Below are positions 47,656-56,338 of a stretch of DNA of 56,589 nt, piece by piece. Position numbers and translations under genes: made by a program. Within the stretch, counting starts at the first letter, position 1. Each line of letters begins with the position of its first letter. Below the pieces are notes generated by a model, which worked only from the letters and a program-made list of their open reading frames with translations, was not told where the DNA came from and made no database searches. Origin of the DNA: a virus (Duplodnaviria > Caudoviricetes); IMG/VR virus record IMGVR_UViG_3300049893_000970, positions 1 to 56,589 of that record, one strand, 5' to 3'.

Positions 47656-47983
47656 GATGCTCGCCTGGACCGCAGGATTCCTAGAGGGAGAGGGCAGCTT
47701 CTACTTGAATCGCGGCAATCCGGTCGTGAAGGCCAAGCAGGTTCAGCAGGAGCCGCTGGCCAGGCTCCAAGCAGCGCATGGTGGCAGCATGAATCGCTAC
47801 CAGCGCACAGACACGGATGGATACCTGCGACAGCCGATCCATGAGTGGGTGCTCACAGGTCGCCGGGCGCTCCTTCTCATGGAGCGGCTGCGCCCACTTA
47901 TGTCGCCGCGGAGAAGGCTGCAAATAGACGATTGCTTAGTTGCCGCGCATAGACAACTGGCACTGATCGGAGAGGAGGAGTGA
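47648..47983 (+). CDS. Free-standing single-motif LAGLIDADG endonuclease-like protein
   Basis: AWTAGFLEGEGSF, HGG, LRPLM. Confidence 0.75.
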   Translation: MSEMLAWTAGFLEGEGSFYLNRGNPVVKAKQVQQEPLARLQAAHGGSMNRYQRTDTDGYLRQPIHEWVLTGRRALLLMERLRPLMSPRRRLQIDDCLVAAHRQLALIGEEE

Positions 47984-48306
47984 TGCCGAACATCGAACCC
48001 GTCAACCTGACCGATGCCGAGCGCGAGACGCTCGCCGCGGCCGCCTCACTGGCAGGCGTCATGGACAACTCCGACCTGGCGAAGGCATGGCACGGGATCA
48101 TCGCCGACGTGGCGCGCTACGAGGCGCGCCAGGAGATCGCGAGCCTCGCCGCGCTCGTCCTGCGCCGGAGCCAGGACATGGAGTTGAGTCGCGTGCCCGA
48201 GCGGAACGAGATGCAGGAGACGGTGCGCGGGATCCTGGCAGAGATCTTCGGCGAGGCGCTCGCGGACTTCTCCGGCCACACGAAGGGCGACCAACCGGGC
48301 GCGTGA
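47980..48306 (+). CDS. Hypothetical protein
   Basis: SD GAGGAGG; high GC3. Confidence 0.6.
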   Translation: MMPNIEPVNLTDAERETLAAAASLAGVMDNSDLAKAWHGIIADVARYEARQEIASLAALVLRRSQDMELSRVPERNEMQETVRGILAEIFGEALADFSGHTKGDQPGA

Positions 48307-49040
48307 GCGAGAACCCGCACGCAAGACACCAGGAAGCAGCCGTTGCGCACGGCTCAGGCCTGGGTGAGCGCGCGATAGGCGAGGACGGGGGGCCGCGCAA
48401 CCCTGTCCTCGCTGCTCTAGAGGCTTACCGACGAACGCACCTGCATCGCTCCGACGAGATCGACGCAGCGTTCGCGGAGTACTCGGAACCGGACGGAGGT
48501 GTACGACCTGCCGAACCTCCGGCCCAACATGAGGGCACCGGCTCCGAGCACCAACTCGAAGGCTCGACCGGCTTCCCGATGAGCGTTCGGCTCTCGCAGA
48601 CGGAGATCCAGAACTGCGACGAGATCGGACGACGACGGCAGGCGGCGACCGGGCACCTGCCCGACGCGCACGGGCTGGAGCCAGCGCAGCGCCTGCTGCG
48701 ACACCAGCAGGGAGCGCGCGCGGAGAAGGCGGTGTCGGTTGCGCTCGGCCTGCCGTGGGTCCCGGAGGTCGATGACTACCGCGAGATCGGCGGCAATGAC
48801 GTGGGGCCGTACGGCGTGCGCGCGACCGAGTACACGACGGGCGGCCTCATCCTGCATCCGAAGGACGAGGACGAGCGCGTGTTCATCCTGGTCGTGGCGC
48901 GCGCGCCTGACTTCACGCTGGTCGGCTGGCTGCGCGGGGCGGATGGCAAGCGACAGGAGTTCTGGAACGACACGAAGCTGCGACGCTCACCTGCCTACCT
49001 GGTCGAGCAGCGCCTGCTGCACACCGAGCCGCTGCCGTGA
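48303..49040 (+). CDS. Hypothetical protein, possible PD-(D/E)XK-like C-terminal domain
   Basis: GARAEKAV, NDVG..GVRAT, FILV. Confidence 0.55.
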   Translation: MSENPHARHQEAAVAHGSGLGERAIGEDGGPRNPVLAALEAYRRTHLHRSDEIDAAFAEYSEPDGGVRPAEPPAQHEGTGSEHQLEGSTGFPMSVRLSQTEIQNCDEIGRRRQAATGHLPDAHGLEPAQRLLRHQQGARAEKAVSVALGLPWVPEVDDYREIGGNDVGPYGVRATEYTTGGLILHPKDEDERVFILVVARAPDFTLVGWLRGADGKRQEFWNDTKLRRSPAYLVEQRLLHTEPLP

Positions 49041-49423
49041 CACAGCCGCCGCTCACGGGGCGCGAGCTACAGGACGCGGTGATCGACCTCGCCCGCAGGC
49101 TCGGGTGGATGGTCGCGCACACGCCGCCGGTCAAGAGCGAGCACGGCTGGCGTACTCCGGTGCGCGCGGACGGCAAGGGCTTCCCCGATCTGCTGCTGGT
49201 GCGGGATCGCGTCATCGTCGCCGAGATCAAGGGCACCGACAGACTGAGCGCCGACCAGCAGCGGTGGCTGTCTGCGTTTCGGATGGCGGGCATCGCTGCG
49301 CACGTGTGGACGCCGCAGAGTTGGAGGAGCGGTGAGGTCGAGCGCATCCTGCGGGCGCGCAGCCAGGAGCCGTACAAGGTGATGGACGGGACGGGGCAGG
49401 TGATCGGCTATCTCGAATCCTGA
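49037..49423 (+). CDS. VRR-NUC domain nuclease
   Basis: GFPDLLL...AEIKG...LSADQQRWL. Confidence 0.9.
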   Translation: MTQPPLTGRELQDAVIDLARRLGWMVAHTPPVKSEHGWRTPVRADGKGFPDLLLVRDRVIVAEIKGTDRLSADQQRWLSAFRMAGIAAHVWTPQSWRSGEVERILRARSQEPYKVMDGTGQVIGYLES

Positions 49424-49442
49424 TCCCAAGCCGCGCAAGCGC

Positions 49443-49775
49443 GTGCGCGACCCGGAGCTACTTCGCACGCTGCACGTTCTCTGGCGCGGCGAGTGCGTGC
49501 TGGAGACCATCAGCGACTGCTACCGGCAGCGCTACTCGCTCCACCACATCCACCGGCATCCGCGCGATGACGTTCGCGGCAACCTGGTCATGCTCTGCGG
49601 CGACGGTGTGCAGGGGCACCACGGCCAGATCACCGCGGAGTCCTCGACTGCGAAGGCCGCGCTCGGTCAATACATCCTCGCCCACCGTCTCGACACGCTT
49701 CGGTACCTCGCTGACAAGCTCGGCGACGAGCAGGCGCGCGCGTGGCTCCGCGCGCGGCTATACGCTCCGGTCTGA
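49443..49775 (+). CDS. HNH-like protein
   Basis: SLHHI...DD..GNLVMLCG..GHHG. Confidence 0.65.
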   Translation: MRDPELLRTLHVLWRGECVLETISDCYRQRYSLHHIHRHPRDDVRGNLVMLCGDGVQGHHGQITAESSTAKAALGQYILAHRLDTLRYLADKLGDEQARAWLRARLYAPV

Positions 49776-51052
49776 TGCCGACCCGAGCGAAGGTCTGGAA
49801 CGGGAACGACTCGCTGCGACGGCTGCTCGTCCGCACCGAGGACCTGCACGCACACCCGAGCAACCCGCGGCGTGGGAACGTCGAGGTCATCCAGCGCTCG
49901 CTCGAACGCTTCGGCCAGCAGCGCCCGCTGCTCGCGCTGCCGGACGGCACCATCGTCGCCGGGAACCACACCTACCGGGCCGCCGTGGAGTCGGGCTGGA
50001 CGCACATCGCGGTCGTGCGCTCGGACCTCACCGACGCGGAGGTGGACGCCTACCTCGTCGCGGACAACCGCACCAGCGACCTCGGCGTGTACGACGACAC
50101 GCAACTCGCGGCGCTGCTCAAGAGGCAGTACGACGACGACACGCTGCTCGGGACCGGCTACGAGCGCGACGACGTGGAGGAGCTACTCACGCGGTTGGCG
50201 TGGGACGGACTCGGCCCGCGCGAAGGAGCGGACGACCCTGCGCCCGAGCCTCCGGAGGAGCCTCGCTCCGAGCGGGGCGTCGTGTACGAACTCGGATCGC
50301 ACCGGCTGATGTGCGGAGACTCCTGCGACCCCGACGACGTGGCAACGCTGCTCGACGGCGCGACGCCGATTCTCATGCTCACCGATCCTCCGTACGGGAT
50401 CGAACTCGATATGGAGTGGCGCGACCGCGCGGGCCACAACGAACTGAACCCGGCGGAGCCGTCGTACATGCAGCGGATGGACGGGCTCCACAACACGACC
50501 ATCTCCGGCGACACGCGCGCGGACTGGAGCGAGGCGTTCGCGCTCGTCCCATCGCTGAAGATCGCGTACGTGTGGCATGCCTCCCATCACGCCTGCGAGG
50601 TGAAGGCGGGACTGGAGCGGATCGGCTTCGTCGTCGCGCAGACGATCATTTGGGACAAGACCCGCTTCGCCATGTCGCGCTCGCACTACCACTGGCAGCA
50701 CGAGCCGTGCTACTACGCTCGTAAGCAGGGATCGCGGAAGTGGCGTGGCTCGATGAATCAGTCCACGATCTGGAGCGCGCCCTCGCCGAAGATGATCATG
50801 GCGGGCACGACCGAGACGAAGGTCGATCACCCGACGCAGAAGCCAGTGATGGTCTACACGCGGCCCATCGAGAACCACCTGCGCGCGGGCGAGCCGTTCT
50901 ACGAACCGTTCGGAGGCAGCGGCACCGGGTTCATCGCGGCGGAGCAGACCGGGCGCGTGTGCCTGGCGATGGAGATCGACCCGAAGTACGTGGACGTGAT
51001 CCGCCAGCGGTACGCAGCCTTCACGGGCCAGCCCGAGTACGCACCGCAGTAG
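49775..51052 (+). CDS. ParB/Srx-like domain fused to N6-adenine DNA methyltransferase
   Basis: NPRR, IVAGNH, ADNR; TDPPYG, HPTQKP, EPFGGSGT. Confidence 0.92.
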   Translation: MPTRAKVWNGNDSLRRLLVRTEDLHAHPSNPRRGNVEVIQRSLERFGQQRPLLALPDGTIVAGNHTYRAAVESGWTHIAVVRSDLTDAEVDAYLVADNRTSDLGVYDDTQLAALLKRQYDDDTLLGTGYERDDVEELLTRLAWDGLGPREGADDPAPEPPEEPRSERGVVYELGSHRLMCGDSCDPDDVATLLDGATPILMLTDPPYGIELDMEWRDRAGHNELNPAEPSYMQRMDGLHNTTISGDTRADWSEAFALVPSLKIAYVWHASHHACEVKAGLERIGFVVAQTIIWDKTRFAMSRSHYHWQHEPCYYARKQGSRKWRGSMNQSTIWSAPSPKMIMAGTTETKVDHPTQKPVMVYTRPIENHLRAGEPFYEPFGGSGTGFIAAEQTGRVCLAMEIDPKYVDVIRQRYAAFTGQPEYAPQ

Positions 51053-51097
51053 CGCGCACGCCGTTCCGGCTGGCACCATTCCGGGTAGTGATGCGCT

Positions 51098-51424
51098 ATG
51101 GACAGGCCGGATCTGCACACCCGTGAGTGGCGTGAGCTACCCCGCGACGGTGACTGCGTCGCCGAGTTCATCTTCGGCGAGGCCGCTGGCCCGTGCCACG
51201 GCGTCATGCACCGGCACCACGTCCGGCCGGGCGATCCCGCGGCGTCGCGCACGTACCTGGCCTGCGCCGGACACCACCCGCTGATCGAGTCGTTCCTGCG
51301 TCGCCTACAGCGGCGCGCCGACCGCGTGCTCGGCTACCGACGCTGCCCGCACCGTCCGGGCGTGCATCGCTATCCCGGCGCGCGAGAGGCGTGCGAGCGG
51401 CAACTGAACGCGCGCGCTGCGTAG
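51098..51424 (+). CDS. Cys/His-rich (HNH-like) protein
   Basis: HRHHV...CAGHH. Confidence 0.55.
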   Translation: MDRPDLHTREWRELPRDGDCVAEFIFGEAAGPCHGVMHRHHVRPGDPAASRTYLACAGHHPLIESFLRRLQRRADRVLGYRRCPHRPGVHRYPGAREACERQLNARAA

Positions 51425-51449
51425 CACTCGCAGGCGTCCATCTTTCGAC

Positions 51450-51491
51450 TTGACTAACCACGCGGAAGTGGTAGAGTAGCGAGTGCCATGA
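51450..51491 (+). promoter_or_regulatory. Promoter family copy 3
   Basis: TTGACT-N16-TAGAGT...GAGTGCCATGA. Confidence 0.8.
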
Positions 51492-51877
51492 AGTCCACGA
51501 CCACACAGGAGGCACAGACGATGCCCGCAACCTTCGAGTACAGCACGCGCCAGATGATGGCCGAGTACGACGAGATGGAAGCCGCGAAGGCGGAGCACGA
51601 GGGCGACCCGGTCGCGCAGCTACTGATCGAGCAGGAGGGTGGCGCGCGGATGGCACTCGGTGATGATCTGCGGAGACTGCGCGAAGAGGCAGAGAGGCTC
51701 GCCCGCCGCGCCCTGCGGATCGTCAGCATGATCGACGAGCGCGGACTCAGCTACACGCCCAACTCGCTCGGCGAGATCCAGAGCCACCAGGTCGATGTGC
51801 AGTGCGCGAAGGTCTACGCCGCCTCGACCCGCCTGGAGTCGGTGCAGCGCGAACTGCGCAAGCACCTGGAGTCCTGA
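51488..51877 (+). CDS. Hypothetical coiled-coil protein (alternative SD-led ATG at 51521)
   Basis: First ORF after the promoter. Confidence 0.65.
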   Translation: MKSTTTQEAQTMPATFEYSTRQMMAEYDEMEAAKAEHEGDPVAQLLIEQEGGARMALGDDLRRLREEAERLARRALRIVSMIDERGLSYTPNSLGEIQSHQVDVQCAKVYAASTRLESVQRELRKHLES

Positions 51878-51971
51878 TGACCACGACAGAACTCGCAGAC
51901 TCGACGGAGCGCACGATGAGCGCCGTCGATACCGCCGGGACCCTGGTCGGCTGCATGGAGGAGGGTGGGCG

Positions 51972-52235
51972 ATGACCGCCGACACCGGCAAGGTCGAGAC
52001 CGACCGCTGGCAGGTCTATTGGGACCACACCGGGCCGGGGCAGTTGACCTGGAACGTGCGCGACCGCGACGAGGGCTACGAGTACGTCGCTCGCCGCGAC
52101 GACGGCTGGCGCATCGCTCCGCGAGGGCACACGACCGTGGACAACGAAGTTCTGCTGGAGTACCTCGCCCGGACGGAGTTGGTGCCGGAGGAGGGCTGGC
52201 GCGACCTGCTCGCCCTGCTGGAGGGCGTGGCGTGA
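51972..52235 (+). CDS. Hypothetical protein
   Basis: SD-led ATG (MTADTGK). Confidence 0.6.
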   Translation: MTADTGKVETDRWQVYWDHTGPGQLTWNVRDRDEGYEYVARRDDGWRIAPRGHTTVDNEVLLEYLARTELVPEEGWRDLLALLEGVA

Positions 52236-52549
52236 GGACCGGATACGAGATACGCGAGGGCGCGGCGATGATCGCCGCCCGGATAGGAGAGACCGTGACG
52301 ACGGAGGAACTGACGAAGCTGTGCCCGCGCTGCGAGCGCAACTACTTCACGGTGCGCGATGCGTTCCGGAAGCAGCCCGCCCTCAGCCGGGAGCACCTGG
52401 TGGAGTACCCATACCCGGCGCTGTCGCGGGTCGCCAGGATCGACATCTGCTCGGCCTGCGGTCAGGATGAGGCGATGCGCGACTTCACGGGCGCGTCCCC
52501 GATCCCGCCCTACGAGTGGCCGATCAGGACGGACCCGGTGGCGGCGTGA
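52232..52549 (+). CDS. Zn-finger protein
   Basis: CPRC...PALSR...ICSACG. Confidence 0.65.
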   Translation: MRTGYEIREGAAMIAARIGETVTTEELTKLCPRCERNYFTVRDAFRKQPALSREHLVEYPYPALSRVARIDICSACGQDEAMRDFTGASPIPPYEWPIRTDPVAA

Positions 52550-52728
52550 GCAGCGTCGGCTACGTGCGCATCCGGGCCGAGAACACGCGCTACGCACTCG
52601 ACGCCCGCGACCGGCACATCGCGCTGGCCGCACGCGAGGGCGTAGCGGCGGAGGTCATCGCAGAGTACGCGGGACTCTCCGTCGAGGAGGTCAAGGACAT
52701 CATCGAGGCACAGCAGGAGGAGGCATGA
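52546..52728 (+). CDS. Small HTH protein
   Basis: GVAAEVIAEYAGLSVEEV. Confidence 0.6.
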   Translation: MSSVGYVRIRAENTRYALDARDRHIALAAREGVAAEVIAEYAGLSVEEVKDIIEAQQEEA

Positions 52729-53183
52729 GCGAAGTCGACATCCGCGAGCGCGAGGAACTGGCGCTGCCGCACTCGGGCGAACTGATCGACCTGAGCGACG
52801 AGACTGCATGCGGCGTCGCGCTCGACGAGGTGCGGAGGATGCAGGCGCATCTCGCCGAGGCCGTGCGCACCCTCAGCGCTGCCATCGCGGCGCGCGGAGC
52901 GGTGCTCGGCACCAAGACGATCAAGCTCTCAGGCGGTCGCAAGGCCGAGATCAAGGGCGGGCCGGAGAAGCACTACGACGCGCAGGAGATCGAGCGCGGG
53001 CTGCGGCTGCTCGGGATGCCGGAGGAGCGACTCCGCGAGATCGTGCGTGAGGAGATCACGTACTCCGTGGTCGCTCGCGAGGCCAAGCGCGCTGCCGGGG
53101 CGAACCCCGAGTACGCGCGTGTCATCGAGAACGCGACCAGCGAGGTCGAGCGCCCCTGGTCCGTCACCATCCGCCGTCGATGA
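52725..53183 (+). CDS. Hypothetical protein
   Basis: SD GGAGGAGG; HSGELID. Confidence 0.65.
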   Translation: MSEVDIREREELALPHSGELIDLSDETACGVALDEVRRMQAHLAEAVRTLSAAIAARGAVLGTKTIKLSGGRKAEIKGGPEKHYDAQEIERGLRLLGMPEERLREIVREEITYSVVAREAKRAAGANPEYARVIENATSEVERPWSVTIRRR

Positions 53184-53229
53184 CCGCCGAGCCTGTTACG
53201 GTCCGCCGACGCGCTGAGAGGAGGGGCAC

Positions 53230-53421
53230 GTGATCTACGACCCCATCACCACGTTCGTTATCTACATGGTCGGAATCATCTTCCTCCTGACGCTCGTTGC
53301 CGCCGTGGCCGACTGGTCGCTGGCGAGGACGGAGCGCAAGCTTCGTGACCAGGCTCGCGCCGAAGCGCGGGCGAAGCTCCGAGAGGAGATGGAGGCATCA
53401 CCCGCCGAATGGCTCTCCTAG
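53230..53421 (+). CDS. Small membrane protein
   Basis: One TM segment plus a charged tail. Confidence 0.55.
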   Translation: MIYDPITTFVIYMVGIIFLLTLVAAVADWSLARTERKLRDQARAEARAKLREEMEASPAEWLS

Positions 53422-54023
53422 TCCTGATCTCGTACCTCGTCGTCCTCACCGCCGTCACGGCGTGGGGAACGACTCGCAGTTCGGGCGCTGCGGTGGTCAC
53501 CCCCTCGACCACAGACAAGCAGCGCCCGAAGATCTGTCCCGACGCTCGCCGAGCAGTGCGCTACTACCAGCGCCACTACGCCGAGTGGCGGGCCAAGATG
53601 GGGGCAGAAGTCTCGGTTGCTGGCCGAACGCCTGGCTCCTGCCCCCGCTACCTTGCTGCCGTCTGGAAGCGCAAGGCGTATGCCGCCCGAGTCGCCTACC
53701 AGCGGTGGCACGAGTACCACTACGCCTGGTGGAAGTGGATGCCCGCGAAGCACCAGCGGGTCGCCCGCTGCGAGACGGGCTACCAGGGCGGGACCGGACC
53801 CGGCGGCTCACGATGGGACTGGGACTCGGGCCGCTACGTCAGCGCGTTCGGCATCTACCGACCCGCCTATGACGACGACGCCCATCGCGCCGGGAACCTC
53901 GGATGGGACGAGACGCTCCGGAGGCTCAGGCGCTACCCGACGCCGAGGGAGCAGATGCAGGCCGTGGACGCGCACCGGGATGCGCACGGCGGCTGGAGCG
54001 GGTGGGGGTGCCGAGGAGCATGA
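53409..54023 (+). CDS. Secreted Rpf/transglycosylase-like (lysozyme-fold) protein
   Basis: Signal/TM segment; VARCETG...W, TPREQMQAV, GWSGWGC. Confidence 0.65.
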   Translation: MALLVLISYLVVLTAVTAWGTTRSSGAAVVTPSTTDKQRPKICPDARRAVRYYQRHYAEWRAKMGAEVSVAGRTPGSCPRYLAAVWKRKAYAARVAYQRWHEYHYAWWKWMPAKHQRVARCETGYQGGTGPGGSRWDWDSGRYVSAFGIYRPAYDDDAHRAGNLGWDETLRRLRRYPTPREQMQAVDAHRDAHGGWSGWGCRGA

Positions 54024-54280
54024 GCTACATCGCTGGTGCCATCCTCGCGCTGCTCCTGCTCGCCGGAGTCGTCATCGTTGTGCTCGCGTTCCTCGACCGC
54101 CTGCCGTTCCCGAAGCAGCCGCTTGAGCCGACCCCGCTTCAACGCGAGATGGCCGAGTTCAACCGGGCGATGACGGACGTTCAGCGGACCGTCGGTGAGG
54201 CGATGCTCCCCGCCGTGCTGAAGATGAACGAGGCGATCAACCGCATGGGCGCTGCCTTCAGGAAGGAGCGCGAGCCGTGA
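54020..54280 (+). CDS. Small membrane protein
   Basis: N-terminal TM segment. Confidence 0.6.
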   Translation: MSYIAGAILALLLLAGVVIVVLAFLDRLPFPKQPLEPTPLQREMAEFNRAMTDVQRTVGEAMLPAVLKMNEAINRMGAAFRKEREP

Positions 54281-54576
54281 CCCCCGACCTACAAGCCGCG
54301 CCACAGAAGGCTAAGATGGCGTTCTGGATCGATGGCGGCTACGACTTCGACCTCGTTGCTGCCTGTCGGTATCACCCGCATCACAAGTGGTGGACATTCA
54401 GGCTCGGGGACGTGGTCGAGAACTGCGGCAACCCAGACGAGCGCATGACGATCTGTGCGGCCTGCTACGTCCCTCGCTGTAGCACGACCTCCGATCCTGA
54501 TCGCTGCACACTCTGGCGGCACCACGAGACTGAGCACGTCACGGAGAGCGGTCGCAAGATCGCGGTGGGCGCATGA
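54277..54576 (+). CDS. MTPDLQAA-leader Cys/His-rich protein
   Basis: CAAC, C...HH. Confidence 0.6.
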   Translation: MTPDLQAAPQKAKMAFWIDGGYDFDLVAACRYHPHHKWWTFRLGDVVENCGNPDERMTICAACYVPRCSTTSDPDRCTLWRHHETEHVTESGRKIAVGA

Positions 54577-54830
54577 GTGCCGACCTACAAGCCGCGCCAC
54601 GCCGCCGTGTCGTTATCGCATGGCTCGTGGCTGTCGCGCTGACCTATGGCTTCGGAACATTCGCGTTCGCGTCGAGCAAGTGGGTGCGCGGCGACATCGC
54701 ACCCTGGCTCGACGGTGTTCTGTCAGTCACGTTCCTGCTGTTCTTCTTCATGACCGCGATGGCCTGGGTCGTTGCTGGTTGGCTCACCGTTCGTTGGTGG
54801 GATGCCTCTACCGCTGGCGGTACCCCGTGA
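54573..54830 (+). CDS. MSADLQAA-leader two-TM protein
   Basis: Two hydrophobic segments. Confidence 0.6.
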   Translation: MSADLQAAPRRRVVIAWLVAVALTYGFGTFAFASSKWVRGDIAPWLDGVLSVTFLLFFFMTAMAWVVAGWLTVRWWDASTAGGTP

Positions 54831-54903
54831 CCCCCGACCTACAAGCCGCGCTGACGACGGTGCGGGATCGCTCGTCACGCCCTCGACGGGAAGGAGGAGG
54901 GAC

Positions 54904-55179
54904 GTGAGCAACATTAGCCCCGACGTGGCCGAGACTCGCGCACGCCGCAAGATCCGCGAAGCCGTCGAAGCGAAGGGCTGGACACTCCTTCGGCTGGTCT
55001 GGGAGCCGATCAGCCCCGGCGGTGAGAAGGAAGGGCTGTGTGGCGGATGGTACGGCGTGTGTCGCGCTCCTTCAGGCGGCGAGGACTGGGTGATGGGCTA
55101 CAACTGGCGGGAAACCGTGGAGTGGGCGGAGAAGTATCTGGCCGATGACAAGACGAGCCACCTGGGGAGGTACCCATGA
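54904..55179 (+). CDS. Hypothetical protein
   Basis: SD GGAGGAGG before the GTG (MSNISPD). Confidence 0.6.
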   Translation: MSNISPDVAETRARRKIREAVEAKGWTLLRLVWEPISPGGEKEGLCGGWYGVCRAPSGGEDWVMGYNWRETVEWAEKYLADDKTSHLGRYP

Positions 55180-55466
55180 CCCCCGACCTACAAGCCGCGC
55201 GGCGCTGCCCCGTCTGCGGTCAGCCGGTGGGTTCTCCTGCCTGTCGGGCCAACCATCCCTACGGCGGTGCCCCCGACCTGCACGCCGCGCTGGTCGCCAA
55301 GGCGCAGAAGTTCAAGCGCACGGTCTACAAGACACAGGACGGTATCGTACTCGATGCCACGCGCACTCTCGTCCGCTCTGACCTCGACGAGATGTGCGAC
55401 GGCGTGATCACTCTCGCGGCCAGGATCGCCGAGTTGGAGCGGGTAGTGGAGGCGGCGCGGCGGTGA
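55176..55466 (+). CDS. MTPDLQAA-leader protein with CPVC
   Basis: ATGA-coupled. Confidence 0.6.
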   Translation: MTPDLQAARRCPVCGQPVGSPACRANHPYGGAPDLHAALVAKAQKFKRTVYKTQDGIVLDATRTLVRSDLDEMCDGVITLAARIAELERVVEAARR

Positions 55467-55738
55467 CGCCAAATCCTAACTGCCCCTCCTGCGCTGGTGA
55501 TGGTTGGTACATCGACCACGAGGACTCGTGCTACGAGGAGGGTGACTGTAGTTGCTCGGGAGTGCAGGTGGCGTGCGAATGCACCTACGAGGGGGTGCGC
55601 AAGTACGTCTACGCCGCCGCTCATGGTGAGGAGCGTTCTTTCAACGACATCGCGCAGGACATCATCGACGCCGCGCCGCAGGTCGAGCCGCTCGTGGCTG
55701 ACGCCCTCACCGCCCTCGACGGGAAGGAGGAGGGGTGA
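55463..55738 (+). CDS. Cys-rich hypothetical protein
   Basis: CPSC..G.G, CSC, CEC. Confidence 0.6.
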   Translation: MTPNPNCPSCAGDGWYIDHEDSCYEEGDCSCSGVQVACECTYEGVRKYVYAAAHGEERSFNDIAQDIIDAAPQVEPLVADALTALDGKEEG

Positions 55739-56130
55739 GCGGCGAGCGAATAGAGGAGTTCGAGGAGATCGCTGAGATCGCCCGCGTGCTGGAAGCCATG
55801 TGGCCGGACGACCATCGCTCTGCGTCCTACCGCAAGGCGCTGACCGACAAGCTCTCGCGCATCGAAGAGCAGTTGGAGGCCATGCGAGAGGCTCTCCTGA
55901 TCCTCCGTGAGTCTCACGACGAGCATGACCCGAGGTGCGCGAGTCTTTTCGCGCCGCCGATGGAGTGCGACTGCGAGTACGGGATCATCGAGGACGCGCT
56001 CCGGGCCATGCGCGAGAAGCCGCTCGAGGCCGAGCAGCAGCGCATCCGGGCCGAGTCCATGAGCGCCGAGTACCACCCGACGTTCGCGGCGACCTTCGTC
56101 GCCTGCGGGGCGGCGAGTACCGGGTCGTGA
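55735..56130 (+). CDS. Hypothetical protein
   Basis: Coupled ORF; H..RC...CDC. Confidence 0.6.
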   Translation: MSGERIEEFEEIAEIARVLEAMWPDDHRSASYRKALTDKLSRIEEQLEAMREALLILRESHDEHDPRCASLFAPPMECDCEYGIIEDALRAMREKPLEAEQQRIRAESMSAEYHPTFAATFVACGAASTGS

Positions 56131-56170
56131 TGACCCCGGAGCAGTGGGCGGCGCTGTGGCGGGAGGCGAT

Positions 56171-56338
56171 GTGAGCCTCTCGAAACCACATTCGATGCGC
56201 TGGCTGGCGATGCTTGAACGATGGGCGGCAGAGCAGAACGCCGGTAATGCCTTTGCGGATCAGGTGCGCCAGTGGGCGATGGCTCACAGCGAGCGCCTGA
56301 ACGCTGCTTCGAGTCCAGCTTCGAGGCGGGACTTATGA
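56171..56338 (+). CDS. Small hypothetical protein
   Basis: Stop overlaps the methyltransferase ATG. Confidence 0.45.
   Translation: MSLSKPHSMRWLAMLERWAAEQNAGNAFADQVRQWAMAHSERLNAASSPASRRDL

Larger units (their letters stand above)
54277..55290 (+). repeat. Dispersed gene-start repeat (core CCGACCTACAAGCCGCG), four copies plus one degenerate
   Basis: Copies at 54277, 54573, 54827 and 55176; degenerate copy near 55268. Confidence 0.9.

Noticed and set aside
54277-55200. CRISPR array or classical integron attC sites
   Set aside because: Spacers are 250-350-bp genes, the repeat is not palindromic, and no cas or integron integrase gene was seen.
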